Shown here: positions 14,378-28,089 of the stretch, in pieces
How the letters are laid out: each line of letters opens with the position of its first letter
Numbering within the stretch: the stretch's first letter is position 1
Assembly: GCA_951406725.2 (NCBI GenBank)
Contig: OX597817.1
Location: 62,744,001-62,808,000, forward strand
Direction: 5' to 3'
DNA from: Octopus vulgaris
Taxonomy: Eukaryota
Length of the DNA stretch: 64,000 bases
Program-made: the position numbers and the translations under genes
Notes under the pieces: generated by a model
Told to the model about the DNA's origin: nothing
The model's input: only the letters and a program-made list of their open reading frames with translations
Database searches by the model: none

Positions 14378-14684
14378 TGAAGGCGCATGGCTTAGTGGTT
14401 AGAGCGTAGAGCTTGCGATCGTGAGGTTGTGAGTTCGATTCCCGGACCGGGCTGCGCGTTGTGTTCTTGAGCAAGACACTTTATTTCACATTAACTTAGT
14501 TGTAGAAATGAGGTGCTGTATATGCCTTTGCCATTCCCTTGGATAACATCAGTGGCGTGGAGAGGGGAGGATGGTATTCATGGGTGACTGCTAGCCTTCC
14601 ACAAACAATCTTGCCCTGACTTGTGCCTGGGAGGGTAACTTTCTACGTGCAATCCCATGGTCAATCATGACCGAAGGGGGTCTC
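14378..14684 (+). mobile_element. SINE family D (tRNA-derived head, CORE-like domain), full length
   Basis: A box tggcttagtggttag, B box gagttcgattccc, core ttcttgagcaagacacttta. Confidence 0.85.
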
Positions 14685-14699
14685 CTCCCCATGTATGTA

Positions 14700-14915
14700 T
14701 ATATAACGGGAAGGTTTACGAAAATAAACAAAAGACGAAGGCAGGTGGAGTACAAACAAACAAATGTATTTGTATGGCGCTTAGGAATAGAAATAGAACA
14801 AGTCTCTTACGTTTCGAGCCTACGCTCTTCGACAGAAAGATGCACAGAAAAGAAACAAGGAGATAAAAAAGGAGAGAAAAAATGCGTGTAGGAGCTAACG
14901 GTCTATCATGGCGTT
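14700..14915 (-). mobile_element. Short pLTR-like element (family H) with minimal hammerhead-like motif at 14803-14840
   Basis: Minus strand reads tcttt CTGTCGAA gagc-gtag-gctc GAAA cg TA agaga. Homologous to 15695-15870, 32120-32320 and 56110-56290. Confidence 0.65.
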
Positions 14916-15150
14916 CTGACTTCAGGCAGAGGTCAGAGGTCAGACGTTAGACGCTAGAGGGATAGTAGGGAAGATAACAGGGTCAAGTGACTTCCAAAAC
15001 GAAGGTGCGTGTGTGTATAAGAGAGTATGTATGTGCGTGTGAAAGAGGGCTGGTGGTCTGGACGTGTGTATGTATGTGTGGGTGTGGAGATATTGGGATG
15101 GGTGTGTGGGTGGTGTGTTGAGATATATATATATATATACATAGATATAT

Positions 15151-15312
15151 AGCCGCAGGCGTGACTGTGTGATAAGAAGCTTGTTCCCAAACGCAGGTTT
15201 CCCAGTTCGGTCCCACTGCATAGCACCTTGGGCAGGTGCTTTCTATTATAGCCTCGGACCGACCAAAGCATTGTGTGTGTATTTGGTAGACGGAAACTGA
15301 AAGACGCCCGTG

Positions 15313-15372
<60 letters not shown>

Positions 15373-15585
15373 TTATGTGCCTGAGCCTTTGTGCCTGTAT
15401 TTATTCCCCCACCATCATTTGACAACCGATGTTCGTTTGTTTATGACACCGTAACCTAGAGGTGTGAGATAGAATAAGTACTAGGCTTACGAAGAATAAG
15501 CTCTGGGGTCGATTTCTTCGAATAGAAAACCCTTTAGGCGGTGCTCTAAAATGGGCGAAATCAAATGACTCCAACAAGTAAAAGA
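15151..15585 (+). mobile_element. SINE family A
   Basis: Family consensus with internal (GT)n, followed by (GATA)n. Confidence 0.85.
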
Positions 15586-15950
<365 letters not shown>

Positions 15951-16140
15951 TAAGTAATTAAGGGTTTAGCAACGAATTGCCTCACCAACACACCGAATTT
16001 AGAAATAGCAGTCAAAGAGATATAGCTATTCCTTCTACTAAAGGGGGATCTCAGTAAAAACACAGCACTTAAAAGGCAAACACAGACAGGTAAGAAAGAA
16101 AGAATGAAATGACGGCAATCCATCATGCAATTTTAAGTTA

Positions 16141-16232
16141 CCTACGGACGTACGTTTCGAGATCAAGTTTTAGGATATCATAAGAATAAGAAAATTCTAC
16201 TATACCCAGACTTCTTCTCTCATCGGCGCAGG
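16141..16232 (-). ncRNA. Type I hammerhead ribozyme (U4C core variant)
   Basis: cctgcg CCGATGA gaga...tctc GAAA cgtacg TC cgtagg: 6-bp helix I, 4-bp base of helix II, palindromic helix III, GUC cleavage triplet. Confidence 0.8.
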
Positions 16233-16904
16233 ATACTACAATTGTGAATAATTGTATATTAAATTTTGAGATACTAGAATGCGTCATCTCAACTCAGTGT
16301 CAGAGCGAGCCAAAGCATGACCAGTACCACGAAATTCAAAGTTTGAATGAAAGTTTGTGTCACCAGCCCCTTCCACCCGCGTGTAGCCAAGACAAAATGC
16401 TGTGGTCATTTACTGGGATAAAATATGGTTATCAGTAATAATAAAAGGGTGTAATTAATTAATTAGGGATAATTATCAATTACACCAAGTAGATTTCGGT
16501 ATGTAAAAGCCCCATTCGAGGAAATTTAAGTAATACTACTGCTATTTCTAAATTCGGTGTGTTGGTGAGGCAATTCGTTGCTAAACCCTTAATTACTTAG
16601 TATTACTTAAATTTTCCTCGAATGGGGCTTTTACATACCGAAATCTACTTGGTGTAATTGATAATTATCCTAATTAATTAATTACACCCTTTTATTATTA
16701 CTGATAACCATATTTTATCCCAGTAAATGACCACAGCATTTTGTCTTGGCTACACGCGGGTGGAAGGGGGCTGGTGACACAAACTTTCATTCAAACTTTG
16801 AATTTCGTGGTACTGGTCATGCTTTGGCTCGCTCTGACACTGAGTTGAGATGACGCATTCTAGTATCTCAAAATTTAATATACAATTATTCACAATTGTA
16901 GTAT

Positions 16905-16995
16905 CCTGCGCCGATGAGAGAAGAAGTCTGGGTATAGTAGAATTTTCTTATTCTTATGATATCCTAAAACTTGATCTCAAACGTACGTCCGTAGG
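16905..16995 (+). ncRNA. Second hammerhead copy, lacking G12 of GAAA
   Basis: Identical to 16141-16232 except tctc-AAA instead of tctc-GAAA. Confidence 0.6.
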
Positions 16996-17098
16996 TAACT
17001 TAAAATTGCATATATCCGTCATTTCATTCTTCTTTCTTATAATATATCCCCCTTTTAGTAGAAGGAATATATATATATTTCTAAATAGGCAATCCTTA

Positions 17099-17170
<72 letters not shown>

Positions 17171-17497
17171 CCTTCTTCTTCCCTCTCCCTTCCCCTCTTT
17201 CTCTTTAGCCTCAGATACAAACGCGCACACACACACACATACACATACACACATGTTCTCTCTCTCACTTCCTCCTCATCCACTTCACCCTCTTGTGCTG
17301 TCTTGTTCCTCCTCACCAATACGAAACTCTATAAAATGATTAAAATTCCCCACAAAGGAATTATTTTGATTTGAAAACCCCACTAGAATGGGAGAAAGCG
17401 CTAATGATCTAAATGATATGATATATATGTAAAAAATGTAATATATAAATAAATATCTTTAAATATAAACCATCCGATCTTCTGATTACTTGATTCC

Positions 17498-18502
<1,005 letters not shown>

Positions 18503-18782
18503 CAAGTAAAAGAATATATATATATATGATATGCGCAAGCGTAGCTGTGTGGTAAGAAGCATGCTTGTCAAGCGATGACAAGGTTGCGAAATCCAGGAAA
18601 ATTTTGGGAAGACAAGGAAACGAAGGAGATAATAAATGAGTGGAAATTGAACCGGTGAGTGTGTTTGATATTCGGGCAGTATGACTCTTCCTAAACAAAG
18701 AAAAGTTTGTTTCAACAGAGGAAGTCGCATAAAGATTCTTGCAAACCAGATATAAAAACGAAATATGTATGTGTGTGTGTTT

Positions 18783-19193
18783 TATTCTTTTACTTGTTTC
18801 AGTCATTTGACTGCGGCCTTGCTGGAGCCCCCTTAAGTGGTTTCAGTCGACGAGCAAATCGCATCCCAGAATTTATTGTTTGTAAGCCTAGTAATTATTC
18901 TTTCGATCTCTTTGCGAACCGCTTGGACGCAAACACACCAACATCGATTGTCAAGTAATGGTGGGGGGTGGGCACAAACACAGACATCAAAAACACACGA
19001 ATACACATACACAGACACACACACGAATGCACACACACACATTTATATGACAGGCTTCTTTCAGTATTCGTCTTCCGAGGTTTTCTTCGGGTCGAAGTTA
19101 TTGTAGAAGACACTTGCCCAAGGTGCCACGCAGTGGGAATGAACCTGGAACTATGTAGTTGGGAAGCAAGCTTCTTACCGCACAGCCACGCCT
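18783..19193 (-). mobile_element. SINE family A
   Basis: Family consensus, reverse strand. A second 5' half lies on + at 19383-19548. Confidence 0.85.
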
Positions 19194-19574
19194 GTGTTAT
19201 ACAAAGAAGCGGTGCACACTACCAGCATTTTCGACTCAAGTCAGATGTAACGAACTACTGCAAGTTGTCAGAGTATCCGCAATGCTTTCATTGTATGTCT
19301 TCCGTATTATATATTACGCAAAACTGAAACGCGTATTAAATTTCAAGATCTTACTATTTGGTTTGATTTCATTATTACAGCTAGGCGCGGTTGTGTGGTA
19401 AGAAGCTTGCTTCCCAGCCATATGATTCCGGGTTTGAGTCCCACTGCGTGGCACCTTGGCCTGGTGTCTTCTACTACAGCCTCGGGCCAAACAAAGTTTT
19501 GTGAGTGGATTTGGTAGGTAGAAACTGAAGGAAGCTCTTTACGGCGCATATATATTCATATATATATATATATT

Positions 19575-19788
19575 CTTCTTTCGCCCATTTCAAGCCTATC
19601 TAGGCTCATGGGCCCGGTTTCCCGAGTGAGAGAAAGAGTACAACGGGATCGCCACCGTCCCCTGCTGGAGGCTCGTGGAGCTTTTAGGTGTTTTCGCTCA
19701 ATAAACACGCACAACACCCGGTCTGGGAATCGAATCCGCGATCCTCCGACCGCGAGTCCACTACCCTAACCACTGGGCCATTGCACCT

Positions 19789-19792
<4 letters not shown>
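19575..19792 (-). mobile_element. SINE family C, internally deleted
   Basis: Reverse complement of the head and tail of 46561-46880. Confidence 0.8.
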
Positions 19793-19857
<65 letters not shown>

Positions 19858-20059
19858 GACATATACTTATGAACATGTGTGGGGGTGCGCGTGGGGGTGC
19901 GTGCAAGTTACATAGTAGACATGCCACTGGGCAAATCAAGCTAGTATTGCATATATCGAAAAAATGTTGACAAACTTTATTAGATTCTTGGTCGTCATCA
20001 GAAGTGTTTACATCAATGACCTATCCGAGAAAACCAATTAGACAATATACTTATAAACA

Positions 20060-20695
20060 AAGGCGGCGAACTGGCAGAAACGTTAGCAAGCCGGGTGAAA
20101 TACCTAGCGGTATTTCATCTGTCTTTATGTTCTGAGTTCAAATTCCGCCGTGGTTGACTTTGCCTTTCATCCTGTCGGGGTCGATAAATTAGGTACCAGT
20201 TACGCACTGGGGTCGATGTAATCGACTTAATCCGTTTGTCTGTCCTTGTTTGTCCCCTCTATGTTTAGCCCGTTGCGAGTAGTAAAGAAATATATATTTA
20301 TAAGCAAAGGCGGCGAACTGGCAGAAACGTTAGCACGCCGAGCGAAATGTTTAGCAGTATTTCGTTTGCCGTTACGTTGTGAGCTCAAATTCCGCCGAGG
20401 TGGACTTTGCCTTTCATCCTTCAGGGGTCGATAAATGAAGTACCAGTTACGCACTGGGGTCGATGTAATCGACTTAATCCCTTTCTCTGTCCTTGTTTGT
20501 CCCCTCTATGTTTAGCCCTTTGTGGGCAGTAAAGAAATAGGTATTTCGTCTGTCTTTACGTTCTGAGTTCAAATTCTTTACATTTCATCCTTTCGGGGTC
20601 GATAAAGTAAGCACCAGTTGCGTATTGGGGTTGATCTAATCGAATTTCCCCTTCCCCCAAAATTTTGTGCCTTGTACCTAGAGAAGAAAAGAATA
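20060..20695 (+). mobile_element. Tandem array of SINE family B (two full copies plus one headless)
   Basis: aaggcggcgaactggcagaaacgttagc heads at ~20060 and ~20307; a third body from ~20540 has the alternative tail. Confidence 0.85.
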
Positions 20696-20947
20696 TATTT
20701 ATAAACATGTTGGTATGTGTGTATGTTTGTATGTGTGTGTGAGTATGTTTGTCTGCATGTGTGTGTGTGTGTGTTCTTTTTATATGTAAAAGAACAAAGA
20801 TGAAGTGAATATAGAAATCAGAGCGTTAAGCATGAGGAAACATTTATTTTCGTAGGAAAACGTGCTGTACACTGATACCAAGTTGTACACATTTTCACTA
20901 ACATATATTTCAGCATGTATGTGTATGTATAGTCTTTAATTTTATTT

Positions 20948-21374
20948 TTTGACTTGTTTCAGCCATATGAGTGAGGCCATGCTGGAGCACCACCTTGAAG
21001 TGTTTAAGTCGAACAAATCGACCGCCGGACTTATTCTATCGGCTCTATTTCTGAACCGCTATATTTCGGGGGCATAAACACACCAACACTGGTTGTCAAG
21101 CGGTGATGGGGTGATAAACAGAGACACAAAGACACACACAGATATATACATACATACGCACACACACACACACATAAATATATATATATGTGTGTGTATA
21201 TATGTACATATATTGATATATACACTTTCACTGTCCGTCTACCAAATCCATTTACGAGGCTTTGGTTGGCCCGATATTATAGTAGAAGACACTTGCCCAA
21301 GGTGTCACGCAGTTGGGCTGTTCACGGAATCATGTGAAAGGAAAGCAAGCTTCCTAACACACACACACGCCTGC
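20948..21374 (-). mobile_element. SINE family A
   Basis: Family consensus, reverse strand. Confidence 0.8.
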
Positions 21375-22164
21375 GTGTTCCCTACTTATATTTCACAAAG
21401 GACATTTGATCTCTGATAATCTTTTGTACATCAGCATCCACTGGCGCATGGATCTACAAACAATTGACTATTCTTACGTGATTGTTTCACTGTATTCGTT
21501 TTATAAGAATGTCTATGGAATAATATCAAGTCAAAGAATAGATTTTATTAGTTAAGCTCAAGTGCTTGATACCGTGAAATCACGAAGCTGCTACGCTGCA
21601 TGATAGGAACGTATGGAGTCAATGTTAAATCTGTTTACACGCATGTGTAGGTTTTCATCCTTAACAAATATGCCGATAGTTCATACGTTCTTCTGTTGAT
21701 CTTTGGACATCCGAGTTTGTTGTAAGATCCATACATGATTTAACACTATATTGCTGTTTTTCCGAAGGAATTATAGAAAGCCTCAAAAATAGACACGCTA
21801 GTTGATTAAATATAATCCTCCACGTTGCATAGGTAAGCAAGTAAATTTGATCGGTTTATAGCATATTCTGGTCAATAGCTTTTGCAGGCAGAGTTTCACT
21901 GTATATGAATGGAATATCATGTAGGTCATTCCCCGGTGTTAAATTTTGGTGGTATCACGCTTAACACATACAACAGAATACACAGATATTAGTGTGTGTA
22001 TGTACGAGTATGTGTGCACGAATATAGAAATACATGCGTATATGTGTGTTCGACTGTATGCATATTCATGACTTGCTTCGGAGTAGCAAGACGCTGACTT
22101 GGCTAAAACAAAATTTAGTTATGTTTTTAACCCTTACTATGATACTCGGCACTTCTTTGTCGTG

Positions 22165-22211
<47 letters not shown>

Positions 22212-22345
22212 GTATGTATGCATATAATTAAGAGAAATAACATCTGTCAAGTAATTCAATATTGAAAGACATCATCCATATCTTTCAATTTAAGCAGAAG
22301 AAGAAGAAGAAGAAGAAGAAGAAGAAGAAGAAGAAGAAGAAGAAG

Positions 22346-22379
<34 letters not shown>

Positions 22380-22481
22380 TCAATAACAACAATAACAGCA
22401 ACAACAAATATGCTTGAGGGCAGAAAAAATTTAAATATACTAGAATAAATATTATTTAAAAAATCGCTAAATTAAACAAAC

Positions 22482-22527
<46 letters not shown>

Positions 22528-22810
22528 CAACAATTGAGGGTAAAATTAATTAATTATTAATTAATTTCACCAAGTGTTCAGTATGCAAAGGGACCATTTA
22601 AGGCGAATTCAAATTATTACAATATATAAAAGGGCTTAGTAAAATAAATTACTTTGCCGCATACTGAACTCATTAGAAATAGCAGCTAAAAAACTTTTTA
22701 AAAAACCATTTCTAATACTTAAAGAAAATCTCTCTCATATAGTGCTTGCTCAACTCAACTCACGAAAGTTTGGGGGTAAATACATCAAAAAATCAAATGC
22801 AAAGGTTATT

Positions 22811-22862
22811 TGAGAACGTACGTTTCAAGATTAGTCAACACGACATTTCTATCATCAGCTCA
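22811..22862 (-). ncRNA. Hammerhead-like motif of element 2 (inverted copy)
   Basis: Reverse complement of 23469-23520. Confidence 0.6.
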
Positions 22863-23468
22863 GAAACTCCATTGGTTTGGATTTGAAAACACTGAAAGTG
22901 AGAGCATACTCCTTCGGCCTCTCATCTCTTTCGAAGATCCGCTCGTAACTAACAGTGCCAACAAACTCAAACATGCAAGCGAAGAATTTCTGTTCTCCCC
23001 TTTCCACCAGCGTGGGTTAAAATCAGCAAACACTCTGCTTATTTCGGTAAAATCCGAAGCATTAATTAGAGGGAGATTAATTATAATTTCAACAATTGAG
23101 GGTAAAATTAATTAATTATTTATTTTACTAAGCCCTTTTTTATATATTGTAATAATTTGAATTCGCCTTAAATGGTCCCTTTGCATACTGAACACTTGGT
23201 GAAATTAATTAATAATTAATTAATTTTACCCTCAATTGTTGAAATTATAATTAATCTCCCTCTAATTAATGCTTCGGATTTTACCGAAATAAGCAGAGTG
23301 TTTGCTGATTTTAACCCACGCTGGTGGAAAGGGGAGAACAGAAATTCTTCGCTTGCATGTTTGAGTTTGTTGGCACTGTTAGTTACGAGCGGATCTTCGA
23401 AAGAGATGAGAGGCCGAAGGAGTATGCTCTCACTTTCAGTGTTTTCAAATCCAAACCAATGGAGTTTC

Positions 23469-23520
23469 TGAGCTGATGATAGAAATGTCGTGTTGACTAA
23501 TCTTGAAACGTACGTTCTCA
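23469..23520 (+). ncRNA. Hammerhead-like motif of element 2
   Basis: tgag CTGATGA t-aga..gtc-gtgtt-gac..tct-t GAAA cgtacg TT ctca. Canonical core boxes, weak helix II with a U-U first pair, GUU triplet. Confidence 0.6.
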
Positions 23521-24032
23521 AATAACCTTTGCATTTGATTTTTTGATGTATTTACCCCCAAACTTTCCTGAGTTGAGTTGAGCAAGCACTATATGAGAGA
23601 GATTTTTCTTTAAGTATTAAAAATGGTTTTTTAAAAAAGTTTTTTAGCTGCTATTTCTAATGAGTTCAGTATGCGGCAAAGTAATTTATTTTACTAAGCC
23701 CTTTTATATATTGTAATAATTTGAATTCGCCTTAAATGGTCCCTTTGCATACTGAACACTTGGTGAAATTAATTAATAATTAATTAATTTTAGCCTCAAT
23801 TGTTGAAATTATAATTAATCTCCCTCTAATTAATGCTTCGGATTTTACCGAAATAAGCAGAGTGTTTGCTGATTTTAACCCACGCTGGTGGAAAGGGGAG
23901 AACAGAAATTCTTCGCTTGCATGTTTGAGTTTGTTGGCACTGTTAGTTACGAGCGGATCTTCGAAAGAGATGAGAGGCCGAAGGAGTATGCTCTCACTTT
24001 CAGTGTTTTCAAATCCAAACCAATGGAGTTTC

Positions 24033-24084
24033 TGAGCTGATGATAGAAATGTCGTGTTGACTAATCTTGAAACGTACGTTCTCA
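24033..24084 (+). ncRNA. Hammerhead-like motif of element 2 (second tandem copy)
   Basis: Identical to 23469-23520, 564 bp downstream. Confidence 0.6.
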
Positions 24085-24272
24085 AATAACCTTTGCATTT
24101 GATTTTTTGATGTATTTACCCCCAAACTTTCCTGAGTTGAGTTGAGCAAGCACTATATGAGAGAGATTTTCTTTAAGTATTAGAAATGGTTTTTTAAAAA
24201 AGTTTTTTAGCTGCTATTTCTAATGAGTTCAGTATGCGGCAAAGTAATTTATTTTACTAAGCCCTTTTATAT

Positions 24273-24315
<43 letters not shown>

Positions 24316-24324
24316 GATTACATA

Positions 24325-24525
24325 TTTCTTTACTACCCACAAGGGGCTAAACATAGAGCGGACAAACAAGGACAGACAAACGGATTAAGTCGATTACATC
24401 GACCGTAGTGCATAACTGGTACCTAATTTATCGACTCCGAAAGGATGAAAGGCAATGTCGACGTCGGCGGAATTTGAACTCAGAACGTAACGGCGTGCTA
24501 ACGTTTCTGCCAGCTCGCCGCCTTA
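24325..24525 (-). mobile_element. SINE family B
   Basis: Family consensus with internal deletion. Confidence 0.8.
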
Positions 24526-24850
24526 ATATATACACATTATTAGTGTTGACTGTCCGACAAAGGAGTGCCGAGTATCATAGTAGGGGTTAAAAACATAAAT
24601 AAATGTTTATTTAATTATTCAATTTAGTGGTTTTTTGAATAATATTTATTACAGTATATTTAATTTTTTTCTATATGATATGGATAATGTCTTTCACTAT
24701 TGAATTACTTAATAGAGGTTATTTCTCTTAATTATATACATATATTATATATTGTGAAATTTGATTTAGAATTGCTAAGTGAAATTTTGGAATTATATTC
24801 CCTACTGTTATTATATTTATATATATATATATATACATATTATAAGAGCG

Positions 24851-25605
24851 CGCAAGGCGCCTACCTGCTAGAAAAAAGAGTTAGAACCCTTTTTCAAACC
24901 AGCAATAATACTGATAAATACGACAGAAAATCAACAGTAGTTGGGCGAACGGGTTAAAGACTTTTTAACATACCTATATAGCTCAATGTTATATATTTTT
25001 GTATTTGGATATACTTGGATCGTGATTTCTGGTTCTGGCTAAAAAGCTTACCTTCATCAGCAAGTATTACCGATTGAAAAAATTTTCAACACATCACGTT
25101 GAAGTCTACCGGCGTTCTGGATTGCTTTGCGCCAAAATTGGAACAGCATCAGTGTAAAAATATTAATAAAGAGTAAATATTCAGAGGTGAATATTTATAT
25201 AGATATTATTGTTGTTATTATTATCTGCGGTAAATATAGATAGTTGATAATAACAACAATAATAATATGGATCGTTGCAAGCCTAAAATAGAATTAGATA
25301 GCTATAGGATAAAAATTTATATCAATCATAATGGCACACAAGGCCCCTAAGCACTAGAAAGAAGAGTTAGAACATTCATTCAAACTGCCAATAACACTGA
25401 AAAATATGACAGAAAATTAGAAAGTCAGGTGAAAAGGAAAAATAATTTTTAACATACCTATATAGCCCAAGGCTATATATTTTGGTACTTGGATATACTT
25501 AGATCATGATTTCTGGTTCTGGCAAAAACGCCGACAGACTTCAACGTGGCGTGTTGAAAATTCTTCAATCGATAAAACTTGCTGATGAAGATAAGGTTTT
25601 TCGCC
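24851..25605. repeat. Two diverged ~265-bp direct repeats whose last ~70 bp are mutually inverted
   Basis: 24851-25045 resembles 25338-25527 directly; 25046-25116 resembles the reverse complement of 25527-25597. Confidence 0.8.
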
Positions 25606-26135
25606 AACTTACAACCCTTTGGTCAGCCCGAGGCTATGGAAGAAGACACTTTCCCAAGGTGCCACGAAGTGGAAATTGTACCTAGAGTCATGTTGTTAGG
25701 AAGTTCTAACCTCACACACGCGTGTGTATATCAATATAGACAGGAAATATGACAGAAAAGAAAGAAAAAAAAACAGGAAGGAAATATGATAGAATAGGAA
25801 GAAAAAAAGAAAGAAGGCCAGAAAAGAAAAAATGGAGAAATTAACCTGAAAAAAAAATCCTCATGTTTCTATCCTGGTGTTGCAAAGGCTGACAGTCTAT
25901 CGCTAATGGCTGTTTGCCACAGGCAGAAATAAACTCGGAAATACAAGCGAATTTAATTAGCTCTCGTTTTCCTCTGTGTTTAGTTTTTTAATGAGGAATC
26001 GTTTCTTCTTCCGATTAAATATAGGATAAGAATATCTTTGCAGTAATTCGTCAATCCGTATAAAGTTAAATCCATGTCAACAGCAAGTTTTCTGCCCTCA
26101 AGCATATTTGTTGTTGCTGTTATTGTTGTTATTGA

Positions 26136-26166
<31 letters not shown>

Positions 26167-26256
26167 CTTCTTCTTCTTCTTCTTCTTCTTCTTCTTCTTC
26201 TTCTGCTTCTTCTTCTGCTTCTTCTGCTTCTTCATATCATTATTATTGACTTTGCC

Positions 26257-26780
26257 AAGGCGGCGAGCTGGCAGAAACGTTAGCACGCCGGGCGAAATGC
26301 TTAGCGGTATTTCGTCTGCCGCTACGTTCTCAGTTCAAATTCTGCCGAGGTCGACTTTGCCTTTCATCCTTTCGGGGTCGATTAAATAAGTACCAGTTAC
26401 GCACTGGGGTCGATATAATCGACTTAATCCGTTTGTCTGTCCTTGTTTGTCCTTTCCGTGTTTAGCCCCTTGTGGGTAGTAAGGAAATAGGTATTTCGTC
26501 CGTCGCTACGTTCTGAGTTCAAATTCCGCCGAGGTCGACTTTGCCTTTCCTCCTTTCGGCGTTGATAAATTAAGTACAAGTTGAGAACTGGGGTCAATGT
26601 AATTGACTAGACCCATCCGCCAAATTTCAGGCCTTGTGCCTTTAGTAGAAACGATTACTATTGATTTTGCCTTTGATCCTGTCGGGGTCAATAAAATAAG
26701 TACCATCTGAACACTGGAGTCGATGCAATCAGCTTACCTCATCTCTCGAAATATTTGGCCTTTGAAATTTGAAACCATTA
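26257..26780 (+). mobile_element. SINE family B compound array
   Basis: One full copy followed by two headless bodies carrying the alternative tail. Confidence 0.85.
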
Positions 26781-26804
26781 TTCTTATTATTATTATTAGT
26801 ATTA

Positions 26805-26842
<38 letters not shown>

Positions 26843-27104
26843 GTTAATTGTTAAGAAGAGAATGAGGCGCACGAGGGGTGGGCAGGACGAGGAGCGCTAG
26901 GAGGAGGTGGAAGGCGGTAAGGTTGAGGAACAGTAGTAGCAGTTGCAGCAGCAGAAAGAGGAGGAGCAGGAGCAGAAAAGATGGAGTGGAGGAGGATGTG
27001 AACGAGGAAATGAGAGAGAAATGGGTGGAAGAAGCAAAAATGGAACGGTCAAGAGGAGGGGCGATGATGTGGGGTACGAAGAGGGTCCGGGAGGCGGAGT
27101 AATG

Positions 27105-27470
<366 letters not shown>

Positions 27471-27625
27471 CTTTTTCAGACTCAAATTAAGCATATGGGA
27501 CCGATCTCAGTTCAAGCAATTTCCTTTTGTTTTGCTTTGTTTTGTTTTTTGTCTTCGTTTATCAGTGTTTAGTTCATCAAAAACTACACTATGCTACAGG
27601 TGTCACTTTTCTTTCAAGCATAACG

Positions 27626-27824
27626 TGTAGTTAGAGGAATCTGGCCGCTATTTCTACAAGATCGAGGTGTCCATGCAGAGTCCTCTTCATTTAGTCAAGT
27701 AGAATTGAAATGGTAGCATTTTAATGTAGTTAGAGGAATCTGGCCGCTATTTCTACAAGATCGAGGAGTCCATGCAGAGTCCTCTTCATTTAGTCAAGTA
27801 GAATTGAAATGGTAGCATTTTAAT
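27626..27824. repeat. 99-bp tandem duplication
   Basis: tgtagttagaggaatctggcc...gcattttaa occurs twice, with one mismatch. Confidence 0.9.
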
Positions 27825-28025
27825 CTCAAGGCTAGTAACGAAGAAATGGAAATTAAATTATTGAATTTCTGATGAAACAAGTTTAGTTTGCATTTGTTCT
27901 CGAACATACGACAGACGCCCAACAGATACAGAAATAGCAAGGAAATTACACATTTGAAACACACACATACAGGCATATATGCATGCATAAATGCATGCCT
28001 AGTACATACATTGAGGCATATATGG

Positions 28026-28089
<64 letters not shown>

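Larger units (their letters stand above)
15949..17100. mobile_element. Fold-back HHR element 1: 586-bp unit in inverted plus partial tandem arrangement within (TA)n
   Basis: 15949-16538 is the reverse complement of ~16597-17100. 16538-16602 is an extra copy of the unit 3' end joined head-to-tail to the unit start. (TA)n on both flanks. Confidence 0.85.
22521..24278. mobile_element. HHR element 2: 564-bp unit, one inverted copy plus two tandem direct copies, within (TA)n
   Basis: 22521-23120 is a minus-sense unit with ~38-nt terminal redundancy. 23117-24278 is two units (period 564) plus ~35 nt. The copies are nearly identical. Confidence 0.9.

Noticed and set aside
22810-24085. Three near-identical 101-aa ORFs
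   Set aside because: They start at TTG, are antisense to the hammerhead, show no recognisable domain and are not shared with related element 1. Their identity just reflects the recent repeat.
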